A DNA stretch of 64,000 nucleotides from Macrostomum lignano (GCA_002269645.1 NIVC01000200.1:186001-250000), one strand, 5' to 3'; shown: positions 28,849 through 52,984, numbered from the stretch's first letter. Numbers and translations are program-made. Notes: generated by a model not told the origin, from the letters alone.

Positions 28849-28926
<78 letters not shown>

Positions 28927-29140
28927 GGCGCCTCCAATCTCAGGCACGGACGCGGTACATGTAAAAAGGACAAACAAGTCAAGTTGATTTAAGTTGCCGA
29001 TACGCTCGTATTTCGAATTAGGTAAATTCTTCGTCAGGGCAAGTGAAAAGGAACAATCTTTCACAAGTGAAAGTGAAAAATTTTAATAAATTATAGTTTG
29101 CATGGTTAGCGAGCGGAGAGAGAGAGAGAGAGAGAGAGAT
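28816..29140 (-). mobile_element. Retrozyme/pseudo-LTR-like unit of about 265 nt, bounded by a direct repeat and carrying a hammerhead ribozyme
   Basis: TTTTAATAAATTATAGTTTGCATGGTTAGCGAGCG(GA)n occurs at 28816 and again at 29081, with the ribozyme between them. Confidence 0.65.
28994..29042 (-). ncRNA. Complete type I hammerhead ribozyme
   Basis: TTGCC-CTGACGA-A-GAATT(TACCT)AATTC-GAAA-TACGAGCGTA-TC-GGCAA: 5 bp stem I, 5 bp stem II, paired stem III, AUC triplet. Confidence 0.85.
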
Positions 29141-29468
29141 AAAAAACGGAAACACGCGCTGTTTCAAGCGACACGATGAGGCTCGTACGAGCTCTATAGT
29201 CTATATTTGAGAAAACTCCGCACACCGAAAGCTTTAAAGAAACTTTCTGAGCACTGAAACACCATGCAGTTGACACAATATGAAGCGAAAACTTACAGAC
29301 AACTCACAGGCATTAGCTAGCAGTGATGACAATTAGTTAGTTGGTAATGTAAAAATAAATAAACTTCTGCATTATCTCGTTAAAAGGGGTTCGATTCAAG
29401 CCTGGATTTTCGGCATCCTAATACTCAATCCATGTGAGTTAGGCTTTCTGGGCCAGGTGTAATCTATA

Positions 29469-32400
29469 ACAACAGCAACAACAGAGTACGCTGCCAGTTC
29501 ACAAAAGCAGCGTCAGATGGCGCGCTTCAAAGCTTGGGCGCGAACAAAAGCCGCACCGCCGGCAGAGTCCGGGGCGCCGGCGTCAGCCAGCAGACAGTCG
29601 ACGTAGCGCCGAGACTTCGCCTGTCCCCGCCGGTAGGGTGCCTGCAACGTAAGTAGCAGCACCTCCTGCACCGGCTCCGGACAGTAGGCCTCGGCGCGGA
29701 TGACGTGGCCTGCCAGCTGGAGTCGCCGACGGCGCAGCAGATCGCTAGGACGGGCCAGGCCGGCGCGATGATAGAGCGCCGTGTTGGTGACTCGCTCGTT
29801 GCCGATCTTGAAGGCGGCGCGCAGCAGGCCAGCGTGCGCCGCGTCGACTTGAGCCTCGAGCGAGTCTGTCAGCGTCCAGGTCTCGGCGTTGTATAACAGG
29901 ACGGTCTCGATCACCGCCTGGAACAGCGCCGCCCTCTGGCGGTCCGGTAGGGCCTCGGACTGCAGGACTGACCTTATAGAACGAAAGGCAGCCCAAGCAA
30001 GTCCTCGGCGACGCCGCAGATCCTCGCGGACGTCGGGAACCAGACCGCCGAGGTAGACGAACTGCTGACATCTTGGAAGCTCACTCGCCTGTCCGTCAGC
30101 GCCTCGGCAGAAGATTGCAGCCTCGGTGTCGTCCGGCACGCATAGCACGACGGTCTTCTGCGTGTTGACCACCAGGCCGACGCTCGCCGCAACGGCAACC
30201 AGCCTATCCAGCTGTCGTTGGGCGCCCTCGACGGTCGAGGACAGCAGGGCGAGGTCATCGGCGTAGCCAAGCACGCTGAGCCGTCTCTCCGGTTGGCGTC
30301 GACCCACGCGTCGCCGCAGCAGGAAGCCGTCGTCGTTGGAAGGCAGAGCAGTCCGTAGCACCCAGTCAAGCACAGAATAAATAGGAACGGCGCTAGCGTA
30401 TCTCCCTGGAGCACCCCGGAGGATGTCTCGAAGAAATCCGATAGGCCGTCCGGTGTTGAGACAGCAGCCGTCGTGCCGTGGTACAGCGCCATGACAGCAG
30501 AAATCAGCAGCTCTGGCACGTTGTACGCACGGAGCACCTCTGGGAGCGCGTCCCTCACGACCGAGTCGAAAGCCTTCCTGAAATCGACGAAGATCAGGAT
30601 CAGGGTCAACTGGCGGATGCGCGCCTCCTCGATGACTCGTCGAAGAGCCAGGATCTGCGTCACTGTGCCGCGATGGGGCCGGAATCCGTTCTGCTCAGGT
30701 CGCAGGTACGGGTCCAGCACAGGCTGTAACCGCGATAGCAGCATGCGGTTGAACAGCTTCGCGGCGCAGGACTGTAGGCAGATGCCTCGATGCTCCTCGA
30801 GCTTGGTGGTGCCCGGCTTCTTTGGAATGGCGACGATGTGCGCCGTGGTCCATTCGTTTGGCGCCACCTCACCGAAAAGCACGCGGTTCATCACTCTGGC
30901 GACCTCAGTGGCCACGCAGTGGATCCGCAGCGCCTCGGTGGGCACCTCGTCCGGACCAAGCGCTTTGCCGCCCGGCGACTGCCGAGCGAACTTCACAACG
31001 TCGGCTGTGCTGACTGGGGCAACATTGAAGCTCTCCTCCGCCGGCAACGGCGTCTCCGGCGGCAGCCTCAGATTTTCTGGAAGCGGAGGGGGCGGCGCGT
31101 TGACAATGGCGGCGAAGAACTCGCGCAGCTCGTTCCTGCGCTCATCCGGAGTGTCGCCTGCCAGGTTGAGCGCGATGCGCCGCTTTCGCCCCGTCAGAGT
31201 GTTGATGGCGGACCAGGCCACGCGCCCTCTGGCATCGGGCCCTGCGGCAGAGACGGCTTGGATGGCGTCATCGACAGCGGACTGCTGCCGCTGCAGGTAG
31301 ACAGCCGCCAGAGCCTCCTCCGCCTCGCGAGTTGGCCGCCCACTCAGTCGGAGCCTCTCCAGATCTTCCCTCGCTTCGTCGATCGCGGGGTCGTCCTGCC
31401 AGACCGGCTGCCCGCGCTGGGCCGGTCGCATCAGCGGGACTGCTTGCTCCGCAGCGGCTCGAACTGCAGCGCTCACCTCCGCGTACTCGGCTCCTCCACG
31501 CTTGTCGCCCAGCGCAGTGACAAAGGCACCGGCAAAGCGACGTCGCGTCTCGGCGTCCCTGAGCGCGCGGTAGTAGCGCCGCGGTGGCCGCTTTGGCGGA
31601 CGGTAGAGCGGGTCCCGAAGCCGAAGGTCGCAGATGAGCAGCCGATGGTCGGACCGCAGAGCCAGCGGCGTAATGGTGTGGCAGTTGGTGACGCGGCGGC
31701 GCTCACGAAAGCGCACAAGCACGTGGTCGAGCTGTGCCAGCCTCCGCGTAGCGTTCCGGCCGCGCGCGTTCCGCCGCCTCCGCTTGCAGCCCACGAAGGT
31801 CGCGAGCCTGCCCGGTGACTTGCGGAATCTGGTGTTGGCCGACACCATGTCCTGTCTCTCCAGGAAGTCCTCTAGCGCTCCGGTGTTGCCGTTCTCGCGC
31901 GCTGTCACAAACAGCGATCGCTCGGACCTACGCAGAACTGCGTTCAGGTCTCCGAGAATGACCACTGTGTCACGTTGCGCCATCTCCTCCACCCGCACCG
32001 AGAGTTGCTCGAAGAAGGCCTGAGCCTCATCGGAGCGGGTAGCAGGCGGCGCATACGCGCAGAACAGGCGGGTGTTCCGGCCGCGAAGCCGGACGTCGAC
32101 CCGAAGCAGCCGAGAAGACAGGGAGATGCAGCGACAGCTCTGCTGCAGCCTCGGTCCGATCAGCGCTCCAACTCCTCCACGGCCTCGCTCATCCGCTGAG
32201 GTGTACCAGAGTGTCCAACCGGCGCCCAGGTCCTCACAGTGAAGTCCGGGGTCGGCTCTGATAGACACCTCCTGTAGTGCGATGACATCACAGCTGAGGT
32301 CGAGCGCTAGCCTCGCCAGCAGCCCTCTCCGCCATGTGGCCTTGAGAGTGCGGCAGTTCAGCGTCCCGACCCGAAGCGTGCCCTCTGGTACGGCTGGGGC

Positions 32401-32937
32401 TCGATGCTGGTGAGCCTCATGGTCCCCGGCGCCACCCGGAAGATCCAATTGGGCCAGCGCAGCAGCAGCTCGGCGGGCGGCGCCACGTTGCCGACCTCGC
32501 CAGTTTCGCTCGCGACGGTGTTCAACTCGCCGACGCGCGCTCCGCTGCCCTCGCTTGGTCCTGCCGCATTTGGCCGCCGCAGCAGTTAAGCGCGGCTCTC
32601 CACTCTCACCACGAGGAGGTAGCGGCATTTATCTGCACCGTGGTGCAAAATAAATTAAGACTGCAAAATCAATTAAGACCTTATGATTGATCTTAATTTA
32701 TTTTGCAGTCTTAATTTATTTTGCAGTCTTAATTTATTTTGCAGTCTTAATTTATTTTGCAGTCTTAATTTATTTTGCAGTCTTAATTTATTTTGCAGTC
32801 TTAATTTATTTTGCAGTCTTAATTTATTTTGCAGTCTTAATTTATTTTGCAGTCTTAATTTATTTTGCAGTCTTAATTTATTTTGCAGTCTTAATTTATT
32901 TTGCAGTCTTAATTTATTTTGCAGTCTTAATTTATTT
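29469..32937 (-). mobile_element. Near-intact full-length RTE-type LINE (single APE-RT ORF 32628-29513 with one -1 frameshift near 30375), (GTT)-rich tail, 11 bp TSD, satellite-bearing 5' extension
   Basis: VGTLNCRTL, QEV, LGDLNA, LDHVLV, SDH (APE); QNGFR, FVDFRKAFD, GVLQGDTLAP, YADD, LQLAGHV (RT). TGTAATCTATA at both 29458-29468 and 32938-32948. Confidence 0.93.
32562..32627 (-). ncRNA. Candidate HDV-like ribozyme at the 5' end of the RTE ORF (P1 5' strand not found)
   Basis: P2 TGCCGC/GCGGCA, P3 ACC/GGT with L3 TCCTCGT, GG for P1.1, P4 GCCGC/GCGGC, C-AAA in J4/2. Confidence 0.5.
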
Positions 32938-32939
32938 TG
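32645..32939. repeat. 18 bp satellite (GCAGTCTTAATTTATTTT) in a fold-back arrangement: about 2 inverted units, then about 14 direct units
   Basis: GCAAAATAAATTAAGACTGC at 32645 is the reverse complement of the downstream units. Confidence 0.9.
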
Positions 32940-32999
32940 TAATCTATATAACTGACAGATTTGTTCAGGGGCGTTGCCAAGTTTCTTTATTGCTTTAGC

Positions 33000-33330
33000 A
33001 CCAATGGGCTTTAGCACCAAGGGGCTTTAGCACCAAGGGCTTTAGCACCAAGGGGCTTTAGCACCAAGGGGCTTTAGCACCAAGGGGCTTTAGCACCAAG
33101 GGGCTTTAGCACCAAGGGGCTTTAGCACCAAGGGGCTTTAGCACCAAGGGGCTTTAGCACCAAGGGGCTTTAGCACCAAGGGGCTTTAGCACCAAGGGGC
33201 TTTAGCACCAAGGGGCTTTAGCACCAAGGGGCTTTAGCACCAAGGGCTTTAGCACCAAGGGGCTTTAGCACCAAGGGGCTTTTTAGCACCAAGGGGCTTT
33301 AGCACCAAGGGGCTTTATAGCACCAAGGGG
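33000..33330. repeat. 16 bp minisatellite TTAGCACCAAGGGGCT
   Basis: Direct reading. Confidence 0.92.
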
Positions 33331-35216
33331 CGCCAAGTGCGAAGTTTCACATTGTCAAAGATCTAGTGTCTTACTTGTCCAGTATCTCACAACTCAAACG
33401 ACTTCGACGATTTTGACGAGATGTGAAGCTTATGAAAGTGATCGATATGTTTGTTTCGACGATATTTTTAACGTTAACAATAAAGATATTATTGTTATAA
33501 TCTTTTGTTAACTAAAGTACATCTACTTTTTTAATTTTTGCAGTTACAGTACATGTAGATCTTCGAAATTTATTATTTCTATGTGGTAATTCTTACTATT
33601 CTACATGTTAACTACACTCAATCTGCGAGCGTACATGTAGACTGTTATAGATTCAGATATTAGCTATAGACTGCTTCAGTTCTGATTATTGTTCTCAAAT
33701 CGGATTTTGGAATCATAGAATTCGAATGCCAATTTCCAGCAAGTAGCATTTACTACTAGTAATTAATAAATTATTAATAAACTAATTAATAAATTCAATA
33801 GTTGAATTTATTATAACTGTACCGACGGACATTCAGCCGAGAGCACGTTTTCCGCTCATTTAAGCTCGATTTATAGCTATAAATAGCTATTTTTGTTTTT
33901 TTTCGCAACATTAAATATTAAGAGAGCGTCTGTCCTAATGTCCTAAAAGGGTGAGCAGCATAATTTGCATGCGCTTATCTACTTTCAGTAATGTAGAACG
34001 AAGCTCCTTTGTTTGTTTGTTTTTGCTTTTAAAACTAAGTTGTAAATTTTGGAAACCCAGAAGCGATATTTAATAAAATATATAATTTTGTTTTATTTCA
34101 CGCCAATTTATTAAAGTTTGAACAGCAAAGCGTATTAATAGAATGTTCGCCATAATAAACTTTAACATCGAGTGAAAAGTTTGAAACAAAAAAGGCGGTT
34201 AATTAAAGCTACAGCGCAGCGCTTAGAGAAAATTTAATCAAAAACTGGCTAAGAAATACGTTACAGTAGTACAGCCTACAACACTATAAAAATTAGCAAA
34301 TAAATAGCAGCATTTAAAAATATCATAAAAGTTTACTAATTGTTCAGCAGATATAATTTAACAAACAATTTGTTTTGTTTTAACAAACAAACAAACAAAC
34401 AAACAAACAATAAATTTATATATTTTGTTTGTTTGGAAGGAATAGGAAGCAGAATTATTTATACTTATGCAGTGATTCAGTAGGTAGTGAACAACCAGCC
34501 TTGAATAGAATTCAAATAAAAATTGCATTTAAAAATGTATATTAGCTATTGCCAAAAGCAAATCAGCAGAAAAAGTTAAAATTAGAAAAGCTTTAAAAAT
34601 CGAAACGCCGATAATTCGAACCGTTTATAACAAAAAAACACTAAATAAAACAAATTAAACTGGAAGCTGAAGTATGAAATGTGAGCGAGTTAAAAACAAA
34701 TAAAGCTGCTCAAAAGCACGACGCCAATAAAAGCTGATATACTGTCTAGACAATTATCTAATAGGTGAAGTATTTTGTTTTCGTTTATGCCTATAAAGCG
34801 GAAGGTTTACCAACACCGGAGAAATTAATGATATTTATTGTTACTTTTATACAGTACGGTCTAGTTTACAAAAAAGATCATGATAACGGATCTGTGTGAT
34901 TTGATTTGAGGAAAGAGGATTAAACTTTTGTCAACTAGGCTCAACTTAAATGGAATTGCTGTTTGCGGTGTAAACATGCGTATTACCGTAGCAGTGGATG
35001 CCCCTCTGTCCTTTGTAATGGAACTTTGCAGATAAAAGCTTTCATGTTCGAAAATTTAAGTGTAGCTATATATAACATAGGCGAAGCGGTTAGAAGAATT
35101 TATTACTTTGCAACGAAGACTAAAAATCGAACTGCAGACTCATTCTGACAAACAATATTTTTGTTCCTTTACTTTTTGATCACAAACATTACCAAGAGTC
35201 TTCAGCTACGATCCAA

Positions 35217-43251
<8,035 letters not shown>

Positions 43252-43261
43252 CTGCAATTGC

Positions 43262-46049
<2,788 letters not shown>

Positions 46050-46739
46050 CAAAATTAAGTTGTCATAATTCGACCTCTATAGATTTGTGATGTTATTGTG
46101 TCGGCATAAGCATAAACATAATGCTGATACTTAGTGAAAATCTGTCTGGCTATGATTCTGTAAGTTAAGCCGTCCTCCATCAATTATATTCCTTTATAGT
46201 AATTTCATACATTTTCTTCTATGCTTGATGTATAACTTTGAGCTGATTGAGTCTAATAGTTCAACGTAGAATCCATCAATCATTTTTTCGTCTCACTGCG
46301 CCTGCTAGCATGTTGCTTTTTCTCTTTGTCTGGCCTGAAAATACATTCTGCAATCTCTCAATTTTCTCTCGACAGCTGGTGACACACACAGACAGTGCAG
46401 CTGACGATATCTGATCCGTCATTGGTATGAATCTTTGCGAGACCGATTTAATTAATATGATTAATTTTGTTAGTCGGATTTGTGAAGTTTAATAAAACAA
46501 GGAATAGTTTAGATACGAGTATTGGCATGAAAAATAGCGAATGAAAACGTTGATGAATTGTGGTCTTTTCTCATGAATAGTGACATTTGTGAATTGCGAT
46601 CAAGGACAACTAGACTATAACGAAGTGTTCCTAGTGGTCCTTGATTGTGATTCTAATGAACTGTGACATTTATGAATTCTGACACTGGTTAATTGTGACA
46701 CTGGTGAGTGGGAAGTATTTAACATTTGTGAATAATAGT

Positions 46740-48870
46740 CGATTCGGTTAGAGAAGTCAGTGAATCGATGTGAGAAATCAGTGAATCGATGAGAGAAATC
46801 AGTGAATCGATGTGAGAAATCAGTGAATCGATGAGAGAAATCAGTGAATCGATGTAAGAAATCAGTGAATGGACGAGAGAAATCAGTGAACCGGTTAGAG
46901 AAATCAGTGAACCGGTTAGAGAAATCAGTGAATCGATGTGAGAAATCAGTGAATTGATGAGAGAAATCAGTGAATCGATGTGACAAATCAGTGAATCGAT
47001 GTGAGAAATCAGTGAATCGATGTGAGAAATCAGTGAATGGACGAGAGAAATCAGTGAACCGGTTAGAGAAATCAGTGAACCGGTTAGAGAAATCAGTGAA
47101 CCGGTTAGAGAAATCAGTGAACCGGTTAGAGAAATCAGTGAATCGATGTGAGAAATCAGTGAATCGACGAGAGAAATCAGTGAACCGGTTAGAGAAATCA
47201 GTGAATCGACGAGAGAAATCAGTGAACCGGTTAGAGAAATCAGTGAATCGACGAGAGAAATCAGTGAACCGGTTAGTGAAATCAGTGAAACGGTTAGAGA
47301 AATCAGTGAACCGGTTAGAGAAATCAGTAAATCGATGTGAGAAATCAGTGAATCGATGAGAGAAATCAGTGAATCGATGAGAGAAATCAGTGAATCGATG
47401 AAAGAAATCAGTGAATCGGTGACTCACTTCTTCTCGGCCGCGCTGGTTGAATAGCCAAAGTTGACCTACTTTTAATCATGACGAATATTCGCTTCGTTAC
47501 CTTTTCTAATACACTGTTTTTCTTAGAAAGTTAAGCCTCGTAAAGCTTTGGATTCTGTGAAGCCTGTCTCGATGCCTAGATATATATCCCTATGGGGAAT
47601 TTTCTCTTGAAAAAATTCCCGAATTGGGATTAATTTTTCGAATTGAAGTTTGGCAATATATAGAGTTTCAACCTACACAGCTAGTGCTCACTGCAGTCGG
47701 CGAGTATTTCACTAAGGAACGCGTCTGGAATTGGGTTGAATTTTCGGCTCCAAGGCAGTTCTCTCTCCCCCTCCTATAGCAGGAATTAATACGCGTCTTT
47801 CAATCGGGGTAGTTGGGGTGGGAGGGCGTCCCATTGGTCGATAAACCGTAGCTCTTCTACGTATAGAAATTATAAATATCGATTATTTTTTGCAGCGAGC
47901 GGTCGCGACCAATACGAGTACCAATCACTCATTGGTATGGCCAAGGCCAACCTTTAACAAAAATGTGGAGTTATAGCTGGTATGTCTTTTAATTCCCCAC
48001 ACCCAGCAAAAGCCCCCGACTCAATTTTGCTTGTTAGTACAGAAAAACCATTGTTAATTGTATAATTGGTGAATTGTGACATACTTGATGAATTGTGAGA
48101 TTGGTTGAAGTTTTGTTTCGTTGATTATTGGAAAAATAGTATTACATGTAAGTATAGGGTGAGAAATCAGTGAATCGGTGAGAACTCAGTAAATCAGTCA
48201 TCAACCAGTGAATCGGTGAGAACTCAGTGAATCGGTGAGAACTCAGTAAATCAGTCATCAACCAGTGAATCGGTGAGAACTCAGTGAATCGGTGAGAACT
48301 CAGTAAATCAGTCATCAACCAGTGAATCGGTGAGAACTCAGTGAATCGGTGAGAACTCAGTGAATATGTGATCAACCAGTGAATCGGTGAGAACTCAGTG
48401 AATCGGTGAGAAACCAGTGAATCTGTGATCAACGTGAATCAGTGAGAAACCAGTGAATCTGTGATCAACGTGAATCAGTGAGAACTCAGTGAATCAGTGA
48501 GAAACCAGTGAGAAATCAGTGAATCAGTGAGAACTCAGTGAATCGGTGAGAAACCAGTGAATCTGTGATCAACGTGAATCAGTGAGAAACCAGTGAATCT
48601 GTGATCAACGTGAATCAGTGAGAACTCAGTGAATCAGTGAGAAACCAGTGAGAAATCAGTGAATCAGTGAGAACTCAGTGAATCAGTGAGAAACCAGTGA
48701 GAAATCAGTGAATCAGTGAGAACTCAGTGAATCGGTGAGAAACCAGTGAATCTGTGATCAACGTGAATCAGTGAGAAACCAGTGAATCTGTGATCAACGT
48801 GAATCAGTGAGAACTCAGTGAATCAGTGAGAACTCAGTGAATCAGTGAGAAATCAGTGAATCAGTGAAAA
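46740..48870. repeat. Related 21 bp GTGAATCGATGTGAGAAATCA minisatellite arrays (46740-47420, and a higher-order variant at 48165-48870)
   Basis: Direct reading. Confidence 0.9.
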
Positions 48871-49440
48871 AGTATCAAAATTTTTAGTCTTTTAGTTTTA
48901 TCTGATATCAAGGCTACCAATCACAAATTTTTCCAATGAGTCCATGGTGAGTTTACTCAGCATAAAAAGAGTCAGTGGAATGATCAAAGTTAATTAAAAC
49001 TAGGCTGAATCAAATCCAATAATATTGAGCTAGTAAACCTTTTGCGTTGACAATCCAGACTACTATTTCTTTAAGATCTCCTTGGTTTGAGCTGCTCTCC
49101 ATTCGTCCCTCTCTCTGTCTTTCTTTCCTCTCTCTGTTTTGCCGTCGCTGTTGCTCTTGTTAAGCGCTTTTATTATTGAACCTTTATCAACATGCCATTG
49201 TGTGCATGCTTGTCCCAGGGAGTCTCAGGGACTTCTTCTGCAGGAATAAAAGCAAAGCGTCGAGTCAATTCGTTTAGAAATCGCTACCTTACACAGTAGC
49301 GATGCAATAAATATAATTATGGATATTGTTTTGTCTTGATGTAAAGTTAGCTACACAATTATTGAATATTATTTACTTTTCAAACTCAAAACTACATGCA
49401 AGACTTTCTGGTTGTAAAAATTTTCTTGAGAACTCCGACT

Positions 49441-49930
49441 TCTGGCGCCTCTGGTGCTGGCGCCTCTGGTGCTGGCGCCTCTGGTGCTGGCGCCTCTGGT
49501 GCTGGCGCCTCTGGTGCTGGCGCCTCTGGTGCTGGCGCCTCTGGTGCTGGCGCCTCTGGTGCTGGCGCCTCTGGTGCTGGCGCCTCTGGTGCTGGCGCCT
49601 CTGGTGCTGGCGCCTCTGGTGCTGGCGCCTCTGGTGCTGGCGCCTCTGGTGCTGGCGCCTCTGGTGCTGGCGCCTCTGGTGCTGGCGCCTCTGGTGCTGG
49701 CGCCTCTGGTGCTGGCGCCTCTGGTGCTGGCGCCTCTGGTGCTGGCGCCTCTGGTGCTGGCGCCTCTGGTGCTGGCGCCTCTGGTGCTGGCGCCTCTGGT
49801 GCTGGCGCCTCTGGTGCTGGCGCCTCTGGTGCTGGCGCCTCTGGTGCTGGCGCCTCTGGTGCTGGCGCCTCTGGTGCTGGCGCCTCTGGTGCTGGCGCCT
49901 CTGGTGCTGGCGCCTCTGGTGCTGGCGCCT
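49441..49930. repeat. 15 bp minisatellite CTGGCGCCTCTGGTG
   Basis: Homogeneous units; open in several frames only because 15 is a multiple of 3 and the unit has no stop. Confidence 0.95.
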
Positions 49931-52900
49931 CCCACCTAATGGAGATAATAGAGATGAGATGAGATAGAATGGGATAGGATGGGTTTCAAGCCATTTACAA
50001 CTTTCGCCAGTGCAACATTCATGCTTGCATCTATCAAATTATCATTTGGATTCACCAGCTGACGAATCCAGAGCTATTTTTGTACACAGGAGTTTCCGCA
50101 GCAAAGTGTAACTCAATCAAGCCAACAGCAGAGATGCTGCAGCCCCGCGAACCTGCACCATCATATCTGTCCTCCGCATGAGTGGCATTTCGGATCGTGC
50201 CTTCTGAGCTAGTATATAGTATAGCTACTCAACCGTTTGATGCTTGCCTGTGCGCCCAAGAAGGATTATAAGATTATATTTTTAGTGTGTATGGTCGTTA
50301 GTCGAATAATAAATACTGAAGGATGCTTGGTAAAATTTTAAACCATATATATATGGTTTAGCCATGTCTAATCTCAGGAGAAAACGCCGCATCCTGAATC
50401 GGCCTCATCAACTATGACTCATGAGATCTGGCTTAAATTTACTCATGAACTGACAGCTGACTGACTCAGTCACTCCATTTTTTCCGAAATTTCTCCAAAT
50501 TTTCCCCAACTGACTTTTCTAATTCGACTTTACCTGTAGTTAAGATGATCCTTCTATAGCCATCCAGATATTCGAATATCCCTAATCGCCTTTACCCATT
50601 TAGCTCCGAATTGATCAAAGCGTGCCCCCGCTAGTGTTCATTCAGCCTTCTTGCCCCAATTAATATATTAGCTAATTGATCAAGCCAAAACACTTCTCAA
50701 GCGCGCGTCATAGGCAATATATTAATAGCCTTTGCATGCTAAATTAAGGCCAATTGGAGCAGCTGTACACTCCAGTCATGCGCAGCTGTAAATAAGAGCA
50801 ATGTAGAGGTGATCGCAGATTCCTCAGTTCTTGCTCAACTTTCCGAAGAACCAGGATGACTCACATCTCTTCTTTCCACCACATGTGAGCGCGCGCGCGC
50901 CACTCGAGCTTAATTGCCTTTCAATCTCAGCTTATTTCAAGCCCATGTGTGGTCATGCAGCACTGGTCGAACCTATATATAACATTAGCTATATAAGCAT
51001 CTACATGCATAACTGTAACATGAAATGTACATGTACATTTATATGTAAAAAGTCACCCATGCAGCTAGTATAGGGACATTTTCTTCTGTTAGTTAGATTC
51101 GAATACAGAATACAGTAATTTAATTAATATGTAATATTTTCTTTAAATGCCTTCTTCAGTTGGCATTTTTATCAATCAAAGCACAGCTGCTTGATAAAAC
51201 AGCTCGATACATAAGCTGTGGTTGACAATAAAGATTGGAAATTTTTCTGTTCTCTCGAAATCATTCAAATTCGAAATGAATAATAACGATTGCAGTGCAA
51301 TAAAATGGAACTACATGTACTAGAATGAATAATGATGTGCAGTTTGAAATGTGGTTTATATCCTAGCTGCATGTCTATGGTAGCTGTTGGAGTGCAGGTG
51401 TTACTGCATGTCTAGTACATGTACATGTAGTATCATTGTCAACTTTACATGTACTTTGCTCATGGGTTATCATGCATATGCATATGTGAGCAAAGTCTAG
51501 ACGCAACTACGAGCGTACAATATTACAGAAGAGGGATCCTATATAGTGAGAGAAATCTGAAGGATGGGATCGAAGGGATCAGAGGATAGGAAAGAATCAG
51601 GGAAGGCTATTGACGGGAAAATATGTTTCTATGAAATTTTAGGTGGTAGTTTTTACCAGAAAACTCCCTAACTTTACGGAGATAGGGAGTTTTCATTTTT
51701 TAGCTCAAATTGTTACATATGTTTCGATGGGAGCTGCAGACCCAATGTTCATCTTCTAGATATATCTTGCCTTCTTCTATACATGTAGCTCTTATTCATA
51801 GCGCTTTTCTGTTTATAAAGTTAAGATTATTTGGTAATTTTATATCATTGTTGTATAATCGTACAAGTCATATGCCTTAAAAATCTAAAAAGGCACAGCT
51901 CGAATCATTCACTGGTTTTATTCAATCATTTCGTCATTCTGTTACACATTTTGTTACACAGTCAATAAACTATAAAAATTCTACCCTAACCAAATAAATA
52001 TTGAAATACTACTTTATACTTTGTAGCATAGCGTATAACACAATAACACAGATTGCACCGTGCTTACAGGGTAATGGGTACACGAACATAGTGTGTTAGC
52101 TATTAAAATTTGCAAGATAAATAATATCAAAATATTTAACCTTCTCAAGTCTATTTGTAAAATTAAGTTGTAGTTTTTTCACCTTCAAATTAATAGCTTG
52201 TTTGAATATATTCCAATAAGCGCACCCTTTCAGATTGCATAACATCGAAGAAATCGAATGCGTTACAAATCGTTACCAAACCGTGAGGGTATATCATATG
52301 TCAGTTTTAATTTACATATATGCATATATGCATTTTCTTGACTGTTGCAAAGCCTAGTAAATTATATATTTAATTTGTAATGTCAGTATGCTAAGTAGAA
52401 AATGTTGGATCACCTACTTCTTTCTATCTATTGATTCTATTCTATTCTATTCTATTCTAGATTCTAATTCTATTGATTTTAAAATCAGGCATAGGCCCTA
52501 ACTTCGGCTTCGCCAGGGTTTTACCTTTAAAACTTAATACATAATACATGAGATACATGAGACACTTCTAATGATGCTAGGAGTCCTATATAATCCCTAA
52601 TGACTATTTAAATGAATTTGAATTGCTTAAAACTTAAAAGTTAAAACATGCCATGATGATAGCCATTGATAGGGGGCCCATTTTTTAGGCCTCATGTAAA
52701 TTATATAATAGGCCTATGGTCTCATGATTCTCATAATAATATAAAAATGCATATATGTCTAGTATATAGGTGTAGTATTTTTATTTCTATAAAAATTACT
52801 GATTTAATTTAATACAATCAATATATAAACTAAACATTGTTATAAATTTGCCACTGTCAAGAAGGTGTCTGTCTAGGCAATCCTCTAGTTTTGCAAATTT

Positions 52901-52984
52901 TGAATGAAGCTTTAACAAAGCTAAACAAAATTAGAGTTTGTTATATCATGTTTGGTTGCACTAGATATCATAGTAATGCACCAT

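Noticed and set aside
30473-32199. Long plus-strand ORFs opposite the RTE
   Set aside because: Antisense shadows of a GC-rich coding region.
46060-46400. Additional LINE 3' fragment on the minus strand
   Set aside because: Only faint motifs (KCMKLL, CRHNN) with stops; too degraded to call by eye.
49396-49962. (GASGA)n silk/elastin-like protein, or a CTCF-site array
   Set aside because: No synonymous variation, no signal peptide or splice support, and open in several frames by arithmetic. The reverse complement is one G short of the CTCF consensus.
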